From positions 64,001 through 128,000 of IMG/VR virus record IMGVR_UViG_3300033146_001382: a stretch of 64,000 nt of DNA; one strand, written 5' to 3'. This document shows, piece by piece, positions 63,357-64,000 of this stretch. The notes beneath the pieces were generated by a model, which was not told the origin of the DNA, made no database searches, and saw nothing but the letters and a program-made list of their open reading frames with translations. Position 1 is the first letter of the stretch. Every line of letters starts with the position of its first letter. A program made the translations under genes and the position numbers. The stretch is from a virus.

Positions 63357-64000
63357 ATGGAAGCAACTTTTAGTAGTAATAATTCATTTAAGGTTGTAGA
63401 TAATAGAACTGATGAGTTTTTACCCAATAGACGAATTAAATTAGATTGTGGTATTGATGGTATAAGGTATTCTTTAATTATTTCTTCTGTATTTACACTA
63501 GTTTCTAATGATACTTTAGTTGTTATAGAAGAATCAGTTGTGACGCCTAATATTTTGGAAGTATGGTATAGTGTGGTAAAACCAGGTATAAAAGGTAATT
63601 TGCCAGTGCACTACCATTCATCTATAGAAGGTGATGGAGGTTTTATAGAGCCTTCACCAGTTACTTTTATAGATTTAACAGATACTCCTTCTACCTATTC
63701 TGGAACAGGAGGTATGGTACTTACATCTACAGGATCTGGTACTGTATGGACTAATTCAGATGGTACTACCTCTTCTTTTATAGATTTAACAGATACTCCT
63801 TCTACCTATTCTGGAACAGGAGGTATGGTACTTACATCTACAGGATCTGGAATTAGTTGGGCATCAGGCAGTGAAGGTTCATCTTGGCATTATGGAGATG
63901 GTATCCCATTAACATCACTAGGTGATATGAATGATTTCTATATTGATAACGCCAGTGATACTAAGAATTATTACCATAAAGTACCTGGCTCTAATATCAG
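63357..64000 (+). CDS. 3'-truncated tail fibre-like protein
   Basis: ATG 63357 after SD aaggagg, open to the window end: MEATFSSNNSF...FIDLTDTPSTYSGTGGMVLTSTGSG (twice)...SSWHYGDGIP. The F.DLTDTP.sY.G repeat is common in phage fibres. Confidence 0.7.
   Translation, partial: MEATFSSNNSFKVVDNRTDEFLPNRRIKLDCGIDGIRYSLIISSVFTLVSNDTLVVIEESVVTPNILEVWYSVVKPGIKGNLPVHYHSSIEGDGGFIEPSPVTFIDLTDTPSTYSGTGGMVLTSTGSGTVWTNSDGTTSSFIDLTDTPSTYSGTGGMVLTSTGSGISWASGSEGSSWHYGDGIPLTSLGDMNDFYIDNASDTKNYYHKVPGSNI
63664..63850 (+). repeat. Exact 76-bp direct repeat, two copies (111-nt period)
   Basis: 63664-63739 is identical to 63775-63850; both encode FIDLTDTPSTYSGTGGMVLTSTGSG. Confidence 0.95.

Noticed and set aside
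63664-63850. 76-bp repeat as a DGR template/variable repeat pair
   Set aside because: The copies are identical with no adenine-specific mismatches, both are in frame in one gene, and no reverse transcriptase is visible.
1-64000. tRNA, rRNA, integrase or transposase genes; stop-codon reassignment
   Set aside because: None recognised. Intergenic gaps are short, and TAA, TAG and TGA all end genes directly before the next start or SD, consistent with code 11.

Overview
AT-rich (roughly one third G+C by eye) window in which every credible gene is on the + strand, densely packed, mostly with AGGAG(G) Shine-Dalgarno sites and standard stop codons. It reads as the tail/virion morphogenesis module of a large tailed phage (Caudoviricetes). 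The host cannot be assigned, and no capsid, terminase or clearly recognisable tail-sheath gene is visible. The main feature is a 7756-aa ORF (290-23560) with a TP901-type tape-measure core in its middle (about aa 3976-4300). Upstream of that core, in one reading frame and in native order, it carries the conserved motifs of a two-barrel RNA polymerase. The beta-like motifs are NTFEDQIVVS, GRKFTTRYGSKGV, IDIRISSHGIAKR and GQRL. The beta-prime-like motifs are GKTGSVQEFLFNRK, LRFP and an intact catalytic NLDFDGD. A PD-(D/E)XK nuclease domain follows. This suggests a virion-packaged, injected RNA polymerase and nuclease fused to the tail tape measure protein. Downstream lie hub/tube-like genes, a degenerate ComD/ComE-like (TPP decarboxylase) gene pair, three paralogous Ig-domain proteins, a Cys-rich 1865-aa protein, a 3409-aa multi-lectin (LamG/discoidin) protein and a truncated tail-fibre gene. 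All calls come from motif recognition by eye; no database searches were run.
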